64,000 bases of DNA from an uncultured Bacillota bacterium. GTDB taxonomy: Bacteria; Bacillota_I; Bacilli_A; RFN20; CAG-826. The DNA is taken from assembly GCA_949299565.1 (NCBI GenBank), contig OX437086.1, positions 791,561 to 855,560 on the forward strand, read 5' to 3'. Of the stretch, positions 30,677-39,491 are shown piece by piece. The notes beneath the pieces were generated by a model that was not told where the DNA came from, ran no database searches, and saw only the letters and a list, made by a program, of their open reading frames with translations. Each line of letters begins with the position of its first letter. The first letter of the stretch is position 1. A program made the position numbers and the translations under genes.

Positions 30677-31524
30677 TGGCACGCGTTTTAGCTCTTGACA
30701 TCGGCGGCACGAACACACGCGCGGCAATCGTAGACGAAAATAAAAAGATTGTCGGCACGATTATCAAGCCGACAAAAGTCGGAAATCTAAATGATTTCTT
30801 GGAAAATGTCGCTTCAACGATTGAAGATGTTCAAGCAAAATACGGAACTTTCGAAATTATCGCCGGAGGAGTTCCCGGACGAGTGCGGCCTGACGGCTAT
30901 ATATACGCCCTTCCGAATGTTCATATTGAGCAAGTGCCTCTCGCTTCATTTTTAAAAGAGCGTTTTGGAAAAGAATGTTTAATCATCAATGACGCGGAAG
31001 CAGCCGCTTTAGCCGAAAGCAATATCGGCGAGCATCGCCTTTGGCCTTCCTTGTATTTCGTGACTATTTCAACGGGCGTCGGAGGCGCTTTGACAAGAAA
31101 CGGCAAACTTGTTCAATCTTCGTACGAAGTCGGTCACACGATGACTGATTATCGCGGAGAACTTCATGAATTTGAACATTTAGCAGCCGGACCAGGAATT
31201 ATTAAACTTGCTTTGGAACATCAACTTTGCTTAACCTCCCCTGCTGAATTTTTCACTTTGGTAAACAACAAAAATCCTTTAGCACTGGAAATTTATGAAG
31301 AATGGCTTCGCCTGCTTTGCGATTTTTTCTCGATGATTGACGAGACTTTGACGCCTTATGGCTTTGCTCTTACGGGCGGAGTCATGAAATCCGGTTCTCT
31401 CTTCCTTCCAGAAATCAAAAGACGCTTGCCGTCTCTTAAAATTGAAAGATGCAGCCTCGATCAAGAAGCCGGAATCTTAGGAGCGGGCGTTTTAGGACTC
31501 CAGCATTTGAAAAACTTGCAATAA
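30676..31524 (+). CDS. ROK-family sugar kinase (glucokinase-like) lacking the Cys-rich zinc motif
   Basis: LALDIGGTNTR is the N-terminal ATP motif. GHTM.D... is followed by ELHEFEHLAAG instead of CxCGxxGC. TAATG overlap with pyk. Confidence 0.7.
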   Translation: MARVLALDIGGTNTRAAIVDENKKIVGTIIKPTKVGNLNDFLENVASTIEDVQAKYGTFEIIAGGVPGRVRPDGYIYALPNVHIEQVPLASFLKERFGKECLIINDAEAAALAESNIGEHRLWPSLYFVTISTGVGGALTRNGKLVQSSYEVGHTMTDYRGELHEFEHLAAGPGIIKLALEHQLCLTSPAEFFTLVNNKNPLALEIYEEWLRLLCDFFSMIDETLTPYGFALTGGVMKSGSLFLPEIKRRLPSLKIERCSLDQEAGILGAGVLGLQHLKNLQ

Positions 31525-31543
31525 AAGAAAAGAAGAAGATAAT
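31516..31543 (+). promoter_or_regulatory. Candidate sigma-A promoter for the thrS leader
   Basis: TTGCAA, 16 nt spacer, GATAAT, overlapping the stop codon of the kinase gene. Confidence 0.3.
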
Positions 31544-31544
31544 A

Positions 31545-31690
31545 GGATACGGCGATGAAGGAGTTACCACTCCGGAGCCTTTGGCGAAGAGTCAACGTCT
31601 CCTAGCGTTAATAGGAATTCGAGAGCACCTCAGGTGAAGAAGGATGGTACCGCGCTTCGGCGTTCCTTCGTTTATTTGGAGGTGTTTTAT
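31545..31690 (+). promoter_or_regulatory. T-box leader (tRNA-Thr-responsive) upstream of thrS
   Basis: Conserved T-box core AGGAUGGUACCGCG at 31641-31654. It can form helix aagga/tcctt with the 7-nt bulge UGGUACC and a C(UUCG)G-capped upper helix, followed by GTTTATTT. A GATGA (K-turn-like) element lies at about 31553. Thr codons ACC (31566-31568) and ACG (31595-31597) lie in the upstream stem region. Confidence 0.65.
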
Positions 31691-31706
31691 TTTCAGGAGA
31701 TTTGCT

Positions 31707-33617
31707 ATGAAAATTTTTTGCGAAGGAAAAGAAATTGAAAGTCCCGAATTGAAGGACGGATTTTCTTTGCTGAAACTTTTGTCACCCTTAAATAAAAACG
31801 AGATTGTCGGTTTCCTAGCCGATTCTAAGCTTCATGGTCTTCGGGAAGAATTAGAAGAGGGAAGCACCATATCTTTCGTCCGCAAAAACAGTAAAGAAGG
31901 ATTGGAACTTCTTCGCCACAGCGCCTCACATTTGATGGCGCAGGCGATCAAACATCTTTATCCGGATGTTCTATTTGGTTTCGGACCGGCGATTGAAGAA
32001 GGTTTCTATTATGACGTCGACTTCAAGGGAAAGAAAATCAGCGAAGAAGACTTCATAAAAATTGAAGAAGAGATGAAGCGGATAGCTAAAGAAAATCTTC
32101 CGATCTTGCCGGAAAAAGTTACAAGCGAAGAGGCTTTAAAATTCTTCAGCGACAATCCTTATAAACAAGAACTGATCAAGGAGCATTCCTCTGAAGGAAT
32201 CAGTTTTTATACACAAGGCGATTTCACCGATTTATGTAAAGGACCGCATCTGGCCTCCACCGGTTTAATAAAACACTTCAAACTCCTCTCGTTAGCCGGC
32301 GCTTATTGGCGTGGCAATAGCGAAAATCCGCAGTTAACGAGAATTTACGCCACTGCTTTCTACACTGAAGAAGAACTTCAACACCATTTGAAAATACTTG
32401 AAGAAAGAAAAGCCAATGACCATCGGAAACTCGGTAAAGAACTCGGGCTTTTCTTCATCTCTGAATATGGTCCTGGCTTCCCGTTCTTTTTGCCGCGTGG
32501 CATGGCTTTAAAAAATGCCTTATTAGCCTACTGGCGGGAAATCCATACGCGATATGGTTATCAAGAAATTGAGACACCGACGATGCTTTCAAAGGAACTT
32601 TGGGAGACCTCAGGGCACTGGGATCATTATAAAGAAAATATGTACACGACAAAAATCGATGAAAAAGAATTCGCTATTAAGCCGATGAATTGTCCAGGCG
32701 CCATCTTAACTTACAAGCAAGAGCTCCACTCTTACCGCGATTTGCCGCTTCGCTATGCCGAACTCGGTCACGTCCATCGCTACGAAGCCAGCGGCGCCTT
32801 AAACGGTTTATTTAGAGTACGCGCTTTCACTCAAGATGATGCCCATATTTTCGTACGTGAAGATCAAATTGAAAGCGAAGTCAAAAACATCATGGCGCTT
32901 TTCGACGAAGTCTATGATAAGTTCGGACTCCAATATCATATCGTTCTTTCAACGCGTCCTGAAAAAGATTACATCGGAACAATTGAATTTTGGAATAAGG
33001 CTGAAGAAGCGCTTCGAAAAGCATGCGAAGAAAGCGGTCGCACTCTCACGATCAATCCGGGAGACGGAGCTTTCTATGGCCCGAAATTAGATTTCAAATT
33101 GCAAGACTCGATGGGGAGAACTTGGCAGTGCGGAACAATTCAATTAGATTTGAACCTTCCTGCTCGCTTTGACTGCACTTATGTTGCTTCTGATGGTTCT
33201 AACCTTCGTCCAATCATGCTCCATCGCGTAGTGTTTGGCTCTTTAGAACGCTTTATCGGCATCTTAACTGAGCATTTCGGCGGCGCTTTCCCTCTTTGGT
33301 TGGCGCCCGAACAGATTCGTCTTCTTCCAGTCAATAATTTAGCCCATGCTTCTTATGCTGAAGAAATCAAGAAGGCGCTTGACGCTCTTGACGTGAGAGC
33401 CACCATCGACGAGAGCAATGAAAAGCTATCCTATCGGATGCGAAGCGCAATCGCTATGAAGATTCCTTTAATTCTCGTGCTTGGAGATCACGAAAAAGAA
33501 GAGAAAAAAGTCACAATCCGTTTCTTGAAAGGGAAAGAACAAATAACCTTATCGCTCGACGAATTCCTCGATAAATTAAAAATCGCCCTCAAGGAACGAA
33601 CATATTCTCTATCATAA
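31707..33617 (+). CDS. thrS: Threonyl-tRNA synthetase
   Basis: TGS domain; HSASHLMAQA (editing domain); class II motifs (RYAELG.VHRYE, FRVRAFTQDDAHIF, GAFYGPKLD). Start set at ATG 31707 after RBS AGGAGA. The track ORF start at 31644 would lie inside the T-box leader. Confidence 0.92.
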   Translation: MKIFCEGKEIESPELKDGFSLLKLLSPLNKNEIVGFLADSKLHGLREELEEGSTISFVRKNSKEGLELLRHSASHLMAQAIKHLYPDVLFGFGPAIEEGFYYDVDFKGKKISEEDFIKIEEEMKRIAKENLPILPEKVTSEEALKFFSDNPYKQELIKEHSSEGISFYTQGDFTDLCKGPHLASTGLIKHFKLLSLAGAYWRGNSENPQLTRIYATAFYTEEELQHHLKILEERKANDHRKLGKELGLFFISEYGPGFPFFLPRGMALKNALLAYWREIHTRYGYQEIETPTMLSKELWETSGHWDHYKENMYTTKIDEKEFAIKPMNCPGAILTYKQELHSYRDLPLRYAELGHVHRYEASGALNGLFRVRAFTQDDAHIFVREDQIESEVKNIMALFDEVYDKFGLQYHIVLSTRPEKDYIGTIEFWNKAEEALRKACEESGRTLTINPGDGAFYGPKLDFKLQDSMGRTWQCGTIQLDLNLPARFDCTYVASDGSNLRPIMLHRVVFGSLERFIGILTEHFGGAFPLWLAPEQIRLLPVNNLAHASYAEEIKKALDALDVRATIDESNEKLSYRMRSAIAMKIPLILVLGDHEKEEKKVTIRFLKGKEQITLSLDEFLDKLKIALKERTYSLS

Positions 33618-33621
33618 AAAT

Positions 33622-33646
33622 AAGGAGGACCACGGTCCTCCTTTTT
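33622..33646. terminator. Bidirectional intrinsic terminator between thrS and ogt
   Basis: aaggaggac-cacg-gtcctcctt hairpin flanked by an A-run and a T-run. Confidence 0.5.
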
Positions 33647-34166
33647 AAGTCCTCGGATCTAAATAATGGCCGGGGCGATACATTTTTCGCGTTTTGCTTT
33701 GTTCCATTTGAATGAGTTTCTCTTTCAAATGATCGCCTCCGACGTAGGAACCCAAATCTTTTTCATCTTTGATAACCCGGTGGCAGGGAATAAAGAACGG
33801 AAGAGGATTGAGCGCTAAAATCTTTTCGACTTCCTTCCCGTCTTTTAAACCAGCGCTTTTGGCAATTTCTTTATAAGTTCTTGTTTCACCATAAGGAATC
33901 TTTTGAACTTCAGCGTAAACGCGTTGTTCTTTTTCGCCGCCAAAAGGAGCTAGAGGCACGTCAAAACTTCGTCTCTGACCAAAGAAAAATTGATTCAACT
34001 GAACGATTGCGTCATAAAGGACTGTGTTCTCTTCGTTAGCGGCGCCCGATGGGTCGCGAGCACCAAATAAAAGCGCGCGCAAAGACTTTTTGGCCGCAAT
34101 CAAAGTGACGTCACCTGCTGCCGTATCGTAAACCGCATATCGCAAAGCCAGCATTGCTTGCCCCAT
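33645..34166 (-). CDS. ogt: Methylated-DNA--protein-cysteine methyltransferase
   Basis: YGETRTYKEIA...NPLPFFIPCHRVI contains the PCHR active site. Confidence 0.85.
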   Translation of the reverse strand: MGQAMLALRYAVYDTAAGDVTLIAAKKSLRALLFGARDPSGAANEENTVLYDAIVQLNQFFFGQRRSFDVPLAPFGGEKEQRVYAEVQKIPYGETRTYKEIAKSAGLKDGKEVEKILALNPLPFFIPCHRVIKDEKDLGSYVGGDHLKEKLIQMEQSKTRKMYRPGHYLDPRT

Positions 34167-34437
34167 TCTATGCCCCTTTCGCTATTTATAAATAATTATG
34201 TGTCGTAAATCGTTTAAAAAGCAAACTTTATTGACGAAAAATGTTTTCGATTGAATTTATTTGAATATCTGACTACCGTTCTAGAAATTTAATTATTTAT
34301 TTTAAAAACTTAAAAATAATTGTATTTCATAAATTCATCGACAATAATAAAAATAACAACAGCGCCTAAATCTTCATTCGTTTGAATGTATATCACAACC
34401 TTCATAGTGAAAGCATATAGCATAGGAGAAATTTTCA

Positions 34438-34950
34438 ATGTCACATTTTCGAAAATTTTCGATGGTTTCTGTTTTTCTTTCATCGCTTGCCGTTATAAGT
34501 CTCGTTGTTTCATTGACTTGCGTTTTTCTGACACGTCCAGCAGATCGATTGGAAGAATCAAATCTTCCTTCGCTTCTTCTAAAAGAAGGCGATTATCAAA
34601 TGCTTGAAAACGATGATTCTTTATCGATTGATGACGGGCGCTTGATGCTCGAAAAAATAAGCAATGACGAATATCAAAATTCCACTGACAAAACGAATCT
34701 TTTCGGCGATCCGAGTTCAAATCTAAATTATTTTAGAATCTCTTTAGAATTAACGAGTTCAGAACGTCACTATTCGCCATCATTCATGTTTTCAGGCGGC
34801 AAAATTACCTATGATTTCGTGATGACAATTGACGATTCGACCCATGAAGGGACGATTGTTCCTCTTGCACGGAGTTCTAACAATGAAGCAAGCGTCATTC
34901 GCCTCTTATTTTCTAACTTTTCTCTCACTTTCTTGGAGGAAAATTTATGA
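34438..34950 (+). CDS. N-terminally anchored exported protein, unknown function (tandem paralog 1)
   Basis: RBS AGGAGA; one N-terminal TM segment; shares ...EKISNDEYQNS... and Y(F/Y)..(L)EL segments with the next ORF. Confidence 0.5.
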   Translation: MSHFRKFSMVSVFLSSLAVISLVVSLTCVFLTRPADRLEESNLPSLLLKEGDYQMLENDDSLSIDDGRLMLEKISNDEYQNSTDKTNLFGDPSSNLNYFRISLELTSSERHYSPSFMFSGGKITYDFVMTIDDSTHEGTIVPLARSSNNEASVIRLLFSNFSLTFLEENL

Positions 34951-35414
34951 AGAAAGAAAAACGAACGCTTGTAATCAACGTCGTAATATCAACGCTTTCA
35001 GTCTTGATCATTGTTTTCAGTGTTCTCTTTGGCGTCTTATCAACTTTAGCTGGAAGAATTAACCAACAACCGCAATATCCTTTAGAAGCAGGACTTTACA
35101 ACAACGAAATAGAAACAATCAGTCTTGAAATACGCGAAATAAATAACGAAGAATATCAGGAAAGTGCACCATATAACGCCGTAATCGATAATTATGAAAA
35201 TCGTTATTATGCACTTGAACTTGAGATTGAAGAAAACGCTATTCCTCTTCTCTTCCTCACGCAAGAAGTAAAAGATCAAGCGATGTTTTCTGGCTATATG
35301 CTTGAGGAGACATTAAAAGAATTTACAATAATCGTCGAACAAAACAGTCAAATCCCTTTCATCACGTTAACCTACGATACGCAAGAAATCCTTCTCAACA
35401 AAACTCAATCTTGA
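34947..35414 (+). CDS. N-terminally anchored exported protein, unknown function (tandem paralog 2)
   Basis: ATGA overlap with the previous ORF; one N-terminal TM segment; ...REINNEEYQES...YYALELEIEE. Confidence 0.5.
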   Translation: MKKEKRTLVINVVISTLSVLIIVFSVLFGVLSTLAGRINQQPQYPLEAGLYNNEIETISLEIREINNEEYQESAPYNAVIDNYENRYYALELEIEENAIPLLFLTQEVKDQAMFSGYMLEETLKEFTIIVEQNSQIPFITLTYDTQEILLNKTQS

Positions 35415-35439
35415 CAAACAAAGAAGAGAAACATTTAAT
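35411..35439 (+). promoter_or_regulatory. Candidate sigma-A promoter of the infC-rpmI-rplT operon
   Basis: TTGACA (35411-35416), 17 nt spacer, TTTAAT. Confidence 0.4.
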
Positions 35440-35444
35440 ATTAC

Positions 35445-35566
35445 ACGGCAGTAGAAAGCAGTCTTCATGACTCGCCGGATTCTCCTCGAGAATCGGCCCC
35501 CGGCTACACGAAATCATAACCGAGGGTTTAATAGGCGCACGTGAAGACGTGCGCTTTTTAGCCACT
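35445..35566 (+). promoter_or_regulatory. L20-type ribosomal-protein leader / attenuator, with intrinsic terminator at 35535-35559
   Basis: Structured 5' leader (gattctc/gagaatc hairpin at about 35477-35493) ending in gcgcacg-tgaaga-cgtgcgc plus TTTTT, immediately before the infC RBS. B. subtilis has an L20-controlled attenuator at this position. Confidence 0.5.
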
Positions 35567-35581
35567 AGGAGGTAATAAACC

Positions 35582-36130
35582 ATCGCATACTTCAATCCGC
35601 GCGATCGTCAACGTCCAGAAAAACGTCACGATCCCATCAATGAAAACATTCGTTATCCTGAGGTCTTAGTCATTGGCCCTAATGGGGAACAATTAGGCAA
35701 GATGTCGTCTCGGCAAGCTAATGAATTAGCTATGTCCTACAATCTCGATTTATATTGTGTTGCACCACAAGCCAACCCTCCTGTCTGTAAAATTCTCAAC
35801 TACGGTAAATTCCGTTTCGAGAAGCAAAAGCAAGATAGAGCACAAAAGCGAAACCGCAAAAGTAACGAAACCAAGCAAATTCAATTGACACCGCAGATTG
35901 GTCTCCACGATCTTGAAACGAAAGCGCGGAAGGCGCGTGAGTTCCTTGAAGATGGCGACAAAGTCCAAGTATGCGTCGTCTTCAAAGGCCGTCAAATGGC
36001 TCATAAAGAAGTCGGCGAAGACGTCATGAAGAAGTTCCAAGAAATTCTTCAAGATGTTTCGCAAGTGGATAAAGCCCCCTACTGGGAAGGCAAATGGTAC
36101 AATTCCATTCTCGCCCCTAAAAAGAAATAA
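35582..36130 (+). CDS. infC: Translation initiation factor IF-3, apparent ATC (non-AUG) start
   Basis: The frame is open from 35579, just after an in-frame TAA. RBS AGGAGG (35567-35572) lies 9 nt before ATC 35582. The N-terminus ...INENIRYPEVLVIGPNGEQLGKMSSRQA matches conserved IF-3 sequence, and all of it lies upstream of the first ATG (35702). Confidence 0.85.
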   Translation: MAYFNPRDRQRPEKRHDPINENIRYPEVLVIGPNGEQLGKMSSRQANELAMSYNLDLYCVAPQANPPVCKILNYGKFRFEKQKQDRAQKRNRKSNETKQIQLTPQIGLHDLETKARKAREFLEDGDKVQVCVVFKGRQMAHKEVGEDVMKKFQEILQDVSQVDKAPYWEGKWYNSILAPKKK

Positions 36131-36149
36131 CTATTGGAGGAGGAAAAAG

Positions 36150-36353
36150 ATGCCAAAAATGAAGTCGAGCCGGACTTTAGCCAAGCGGATTAAAATCACT
36201 GGCACCGGCAAAATCAAACGCAAAAAAGCCTATAACGCGCATTTAGCGCCCAATAAGACAAGAAAACAACGCAAACATCTCGCAAAGCCAACCACCATGC
36301 ATGAAACCGACATGCGGCGTTTAGCTCAGATGATTGATACGAAAGTGAGGTAA
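36150..36353 (+). CDS. rpmI: 50S ribosomal protein L35
   Basis: [28 protein letters not shown]; RBS GGAGGAGG upstream. Confidence 0.9.
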   Translation: MPKMKSSRTLAKRIKITGTGKIKRKKAYNAHLAPNKTRKQRKHLAKPTTMHETDMRRLAQMIDTKVR

Positions 36354-36358
36354 GAACG

Positions 36359-36727
36359 ATGGCCCGTGTTAAGACAAGTGTTCAAACAAGAGCAAGCCGC
36401 AAGAAAATTTTAAAAGCGGCCGAAGGTTATTTTGGCAGCAAACATCGTCTTTTTAAGACAGCTAAAGAACAAGTCCTTCATAGTTATCAATACGCCTACA
36501 TTTCTCGTAGACAACGTAAAAGCGACTTCCGCAAGCTTTGGATTAAGCGCATCAATGCCGCTTGCCACCTCAATGGAATCAGCTATTCGCGTTTCATGAA
36601 TGGCTTGAAGAAGGCTGGCGTTCTCGGCGAGGGCAATGGTCTCAATCGTAAAATGCTTTCTGAATTAGCGATCCATGACGAAAAAGCGTTCGCTGATTTA
36701 GTCGAAATCGCCAAGAAAGCTGCCTAA
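36359..36727 (+). CDS. rplT: 50S ribosomal protein L20
   Basis: [25 protein letters not shown]...[22 protein letters not shown]. Confidence 0.93.
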   Translation: MARVKTSVQTRASRKKILKAAEGYFGSKHRLFKTAKEQVLHSYQYAYISRRQRKSDFRKLWIKRINAACHLNGISYSRFMNGLKKAGVLGEGNGLNRKMLSELAIHDEKAFADLVEIAKKAA

Positions 36728-36746
36728 TTTAAAATAATTGAAAATG

Positions 36747-36778
36747 AAAACCACCGGCTTATTCGTCGGTGGTTTTTT
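36747..36778. terminator. Bidirectional terminator shared by rplT (+) and mgsA (-)
   Basis: aaaaccaccg...cggtggtttttt inverted repeat. The mgsA stop codon lies in the loop. Confidence 0.5.
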
Positions 36779-37157
36779 CTTCTTCGTTGACAAAAAGCGT
36801 GCTATGGACTAAGAAATCCGCTGTGCGTTTAGTTGTCGCGATCGGAATATCATAAACTGCCGCAATTCTTTGAAGAGCTTTAACATCGGGATCGTGCGGT
36901 TGTGATTCCAACGGGTCAAAAAAGAAAATCACGCAATCAACTTGATGCTCAGCAATCAAAGCGCCGATTTGTTGATCGCCGCCTAACGGTCCCGAAAGGA
37001 GAGCTTTAATTGGTAGGCGCGTAACATCTTTAATCAAAGTTGCGGTATGACCAGTACCAACTAAATTAAAGTTTTTCAGAACATCTTTATGATGTTCAGC
37101 CCAAGCCACCATTTCTCCTTTCTTATGATCATGAGCTATGAGTGCTATCGTCTTCAT
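36759..37157 (-). CDS. mgsA: Methylglyoxal synthase
   Basis: IALIAHDHKK...LVGTGHT...SGPLGGDQQIGA...VIFFFDPL..QPHDPDVKAL.R. RBS AGGAGGAG lies before ATG 37157. Confidence 0.85.
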   Translation of the reverse strand: MKTIALIAHDHKKGEMVAWAEHHKDVLKNFNLVGTGHTATLIKDVTRLPIKALLSGPLGGDQQIGALIAEHQVDCVIFFFDPLESQPHDPDVKALQRIAAVYDIPIATTKRTADFLVHSTLFVNEEEKTTDE

Positions 37158-38337
37158 CGCTGACTTCTCCTCCTTTGATAACATAAGTTTTAATCTCAGC
37201 AACAGCCTTTTTCAGAAGCGTTTCCCAATCCCACTTCTTTTCAAGATACAAACATTCTTTAAGGTGTGGTTTGGTTTTAGGATTTTTAGGCGTAAAGATC
37301 GTGCAGCAATCTTCAAACGGCCTAATTGAAATATCATAAGTCCCGATTTCTTTCGCTTTTTTAATGATATCAATTTTATCTAGAACCGCTAAGGGACGAA
37401 TGACCGGGTAATTCGTCACTTCATTGATGACTCGCATGCTGGATAATGTCTGCGACGCAACTTGTCCGACTGCCTCACCAGTCGCAAGCGCTTCAGCGCC
37501 ATATTGAGGCGCTACTTCTGAAGCGATCCTCATCATCATTCTCCGCATAATCGTGATGCAATAGCTTTCCGGACAATGTTCATAAATCGATAGTTGCAAC
37601 TCTGTAAACGGAGCAACATGAAGACGGATTACCTGTTGTTCGTTGTTAAAGATTTTTAAGATATCAAAAAGTTTTTCAATTACAGAAGAAGAGGTATAAG
37701 GGGGCGCTGCAAAATGCAACGCTTCAATCAAAAGTCCGCGCCGTAAAAGAAGAGAAGCCGCCACTGGCGAATCTAAACCACCGGAAAGAAGCAAGAGTAC
37801 TTTTCCATTCATCCCTAACGGATAACCGCCAAGCCCTGGATAGGAGAGATCAGATAAATAACTATAATCATCGCGAATCTCAACATTGAGGATAAAGTCC
37901 GGCGCATGAACATCAACCGTTAAATTCTTGTTATTTTCAAGGATAAAACCGCCAAGTTCGTCCGCGACTTCATAAGATGAAAGCGGAAAGCTTTTATTGC
38001 TCCTTTTGACTTTGACTTTAAATGTGCCTGTTTTCTCAACTAAAAGGCGCAACGCATTCTCTTTTAAGCCTTCTAAAGTCGATAAAGAACGCAAAACAGG
38101 CGTGATTCTCTGAATGCCAGAAATTCTCCCTAAATCGCTGATCAACGATGAAATTTCAATCGCAGGCGTGAGTTTTAAATAAAGATGCTCATGCTTGGCC
38201 TCATATTCTAAAGTCGGGTATTTTATGCCCAATGAATGCTTTAAATTGCGGAGCAACTGCTGAACAAAAAGCTGACGATTATGACCTTTTGTCGAAAGTT
38301 CACCATAATGTAACAGAAGATAATCGTAATTAATCAT
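37129..38337 (-). CDS. thiI: tRNA 4-thiouridine synthase ThiI
   Basis: LLHYGELSTKG.NR (N-terminal ferredoxin-like/THUMP region) and the PP-loop LLLSGGLDSPVA. Start at ATG 38337, directly after the iscS stop. Confidence 0.85.
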   Translation of the reverse strand: MINYDYLLLHYGELSTKGHNRQLFVQQLLRNLKHSLGIKYPTLEYEAKHEHLYLKLTPAIEISSLISDLGRISGIQRITPVLRSLSTLEGLKENALRLLVEKTGTFKVKVKRSNKSFPLSSYEVADELGGFILENNKNLTVDVHAPDFILNVEIRDDYSYLSDLSYPGLGGYPLGMNGKVLLLLSGGLDSPVAASLLLRRGLLIEALHFAAPPYTSSSVIEKLFDILKIFNNEQQVIRLHVAPFTELQLSIYEHCPESYCITIMRRMMMRIASEVAPQYGAEALATGEAVGQVASQTLSSMRVINEVTNYPVIRPLAVLDKIDIIKKAKEIGTYDISIRPFEDCCTIFTPKNPKTKPHLKECLYLEKKWDWETLLKKAVAEIKTYVIKGGEVSDEDDSTHSS

Positions 38338-39491
38338 CGGTCCTTTAACTCCTTGAGTATTGTTTCCAAGCACGCGGCGAAATAGTCAATTTCTGACTCT
38401 TGAAGTTCAGCTGAAAAAGAAACGCGAATCGCATTAGAGGCACGTTCTTTATCGTACCCCATCGACAATAAAACATGAGACATTGTCTCTTTTTTAGAGG
38501 AACAGGCTGACATTGAAGAAACGTAAATTCCTCTCAGCGACAAAGCCTCCACAACTACCGAAGCCTTTTTATGAAGGAGAGAGAAATTAAAGATATAAGG
38601 AGAGGCATCCTCTGGAGAATTTATTAAAATCTCCGGATTTTTCGAAAGCAATTTTCGCAGTTTTTTTGAGAGATTTTCAACGCGCAGGTAATTTTCTTCT
38701 TGCTTTTTGATCGCAATTTCTAAGGCCTTGCTCAAAGCGATGGCTGATGGCACGTCGACCGTCCCGCTTCGAAAGCCGCTTTCTTGTCCACCGCCTTCAA
38801 ACAATGGTCTAAAAGCAATATTTTTACGATATATAAGCGCTCCGCTGCCTTTCAAACCTCCGATTTTATGAGCCGAAAAACTCAGCAAATCCAAATTTTT
38901 ATAAGAGAAATGCGGCGTTTTTCCAATTGATTGTGTAATATCGCTATGAAATAAAGCCTTTGGATATTCTTTCAAAATCTCGTGAATTTCATCAAGCGGA
39001 AAGCAAGAACCAGTTTCGTTATTAATCGACATGAAGGAAACTAAAATCGTTTCTTTATCTAAAACGTTTTTAAACTCTTCAAGAGAGATTTTCCCCTCCC
39101 TATCAACGCCTAAAAAATCAACGCGATATTTTTCTTGCTCCCGCAAAGATTCAAAAACATGAAGAACTGAAGGATGCTCAATCGTATCGCTTATAAGATG
39201 ACGTCCACGATTAACATAATGACGGGCTACACCTTTAATTGCTAAATTATTCGCTTCCGTAGCTCCGCTCGTAAAAATAAGCGCATGCGTTTTTTCTAAT
39301 CCCAAGGTTTGAAGAATCTTAAAACGTGCTCCTTCTAAAACCTTTGAAGCTTTATAACCAAACGCGTGAAGACTGTGCGGGTTGCCCCAATTATTGCGCG
39401 AAGCCTCCAAAAAAGAATCTAAGACCTCTTCAGACGGTTTTGTCGTTGCAGCTTCATCGAAAAAAAGAGGGGGATTACATTTCGTTTCCAT
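38334..39491 (-). CDS. iscS: Cysteine desulfurase (NifZ/IscS type, partner of ThiI)
   Basis: FDEAATT, the PLP-lysine SFSAHKIGGLKGSGAL and the active-site loop SSMSACSS. Synteny matches nifZ-thiI in Bacilli. Confidence 0.85.
   Translation of the reverse strand: METKCNPPLFFDEAATTKPSEEVLDSFLEASRNNWGNPHSLHAFGYKASKVLEGARFKILQTLGLEKTHALIFTSGATEANNLAIKGVARHYVNRGRHLISDTIEHPSVLHVFESLREQEKYRVDFLGVDREGKISLEEFKNVLDKETILVSFMSINNETGSCFPLDEIHEILKEYPKALFHSDITQSIGKTPHFSYKNLDLLSFSAHKIGGLKGSGALIYRKNIAFRPLFEGGGQESGFRSGTVDVPSAIALSKALEIAIKKQEENYLRVENLSKKLRKLLSKNPEILINSPEDASPYIFNFSLLHKKASVVVEALSLRGIYVSSMSACSSKKETMSHVLLSMGYDKERASNAIRVSFSAELQESEIDYFAACLETILKELKDR

Noticed and set aside
31449-31706. ORF 31449..31637, and the N-terminal extension of thrS from 31644.
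   Set aside because: This region contains the T-box core and antiterminator. A good RBS (AGGAGA) precedes ATG 31707, and MKIFCEGKEI is a typical ThrRS TGS-domain start.
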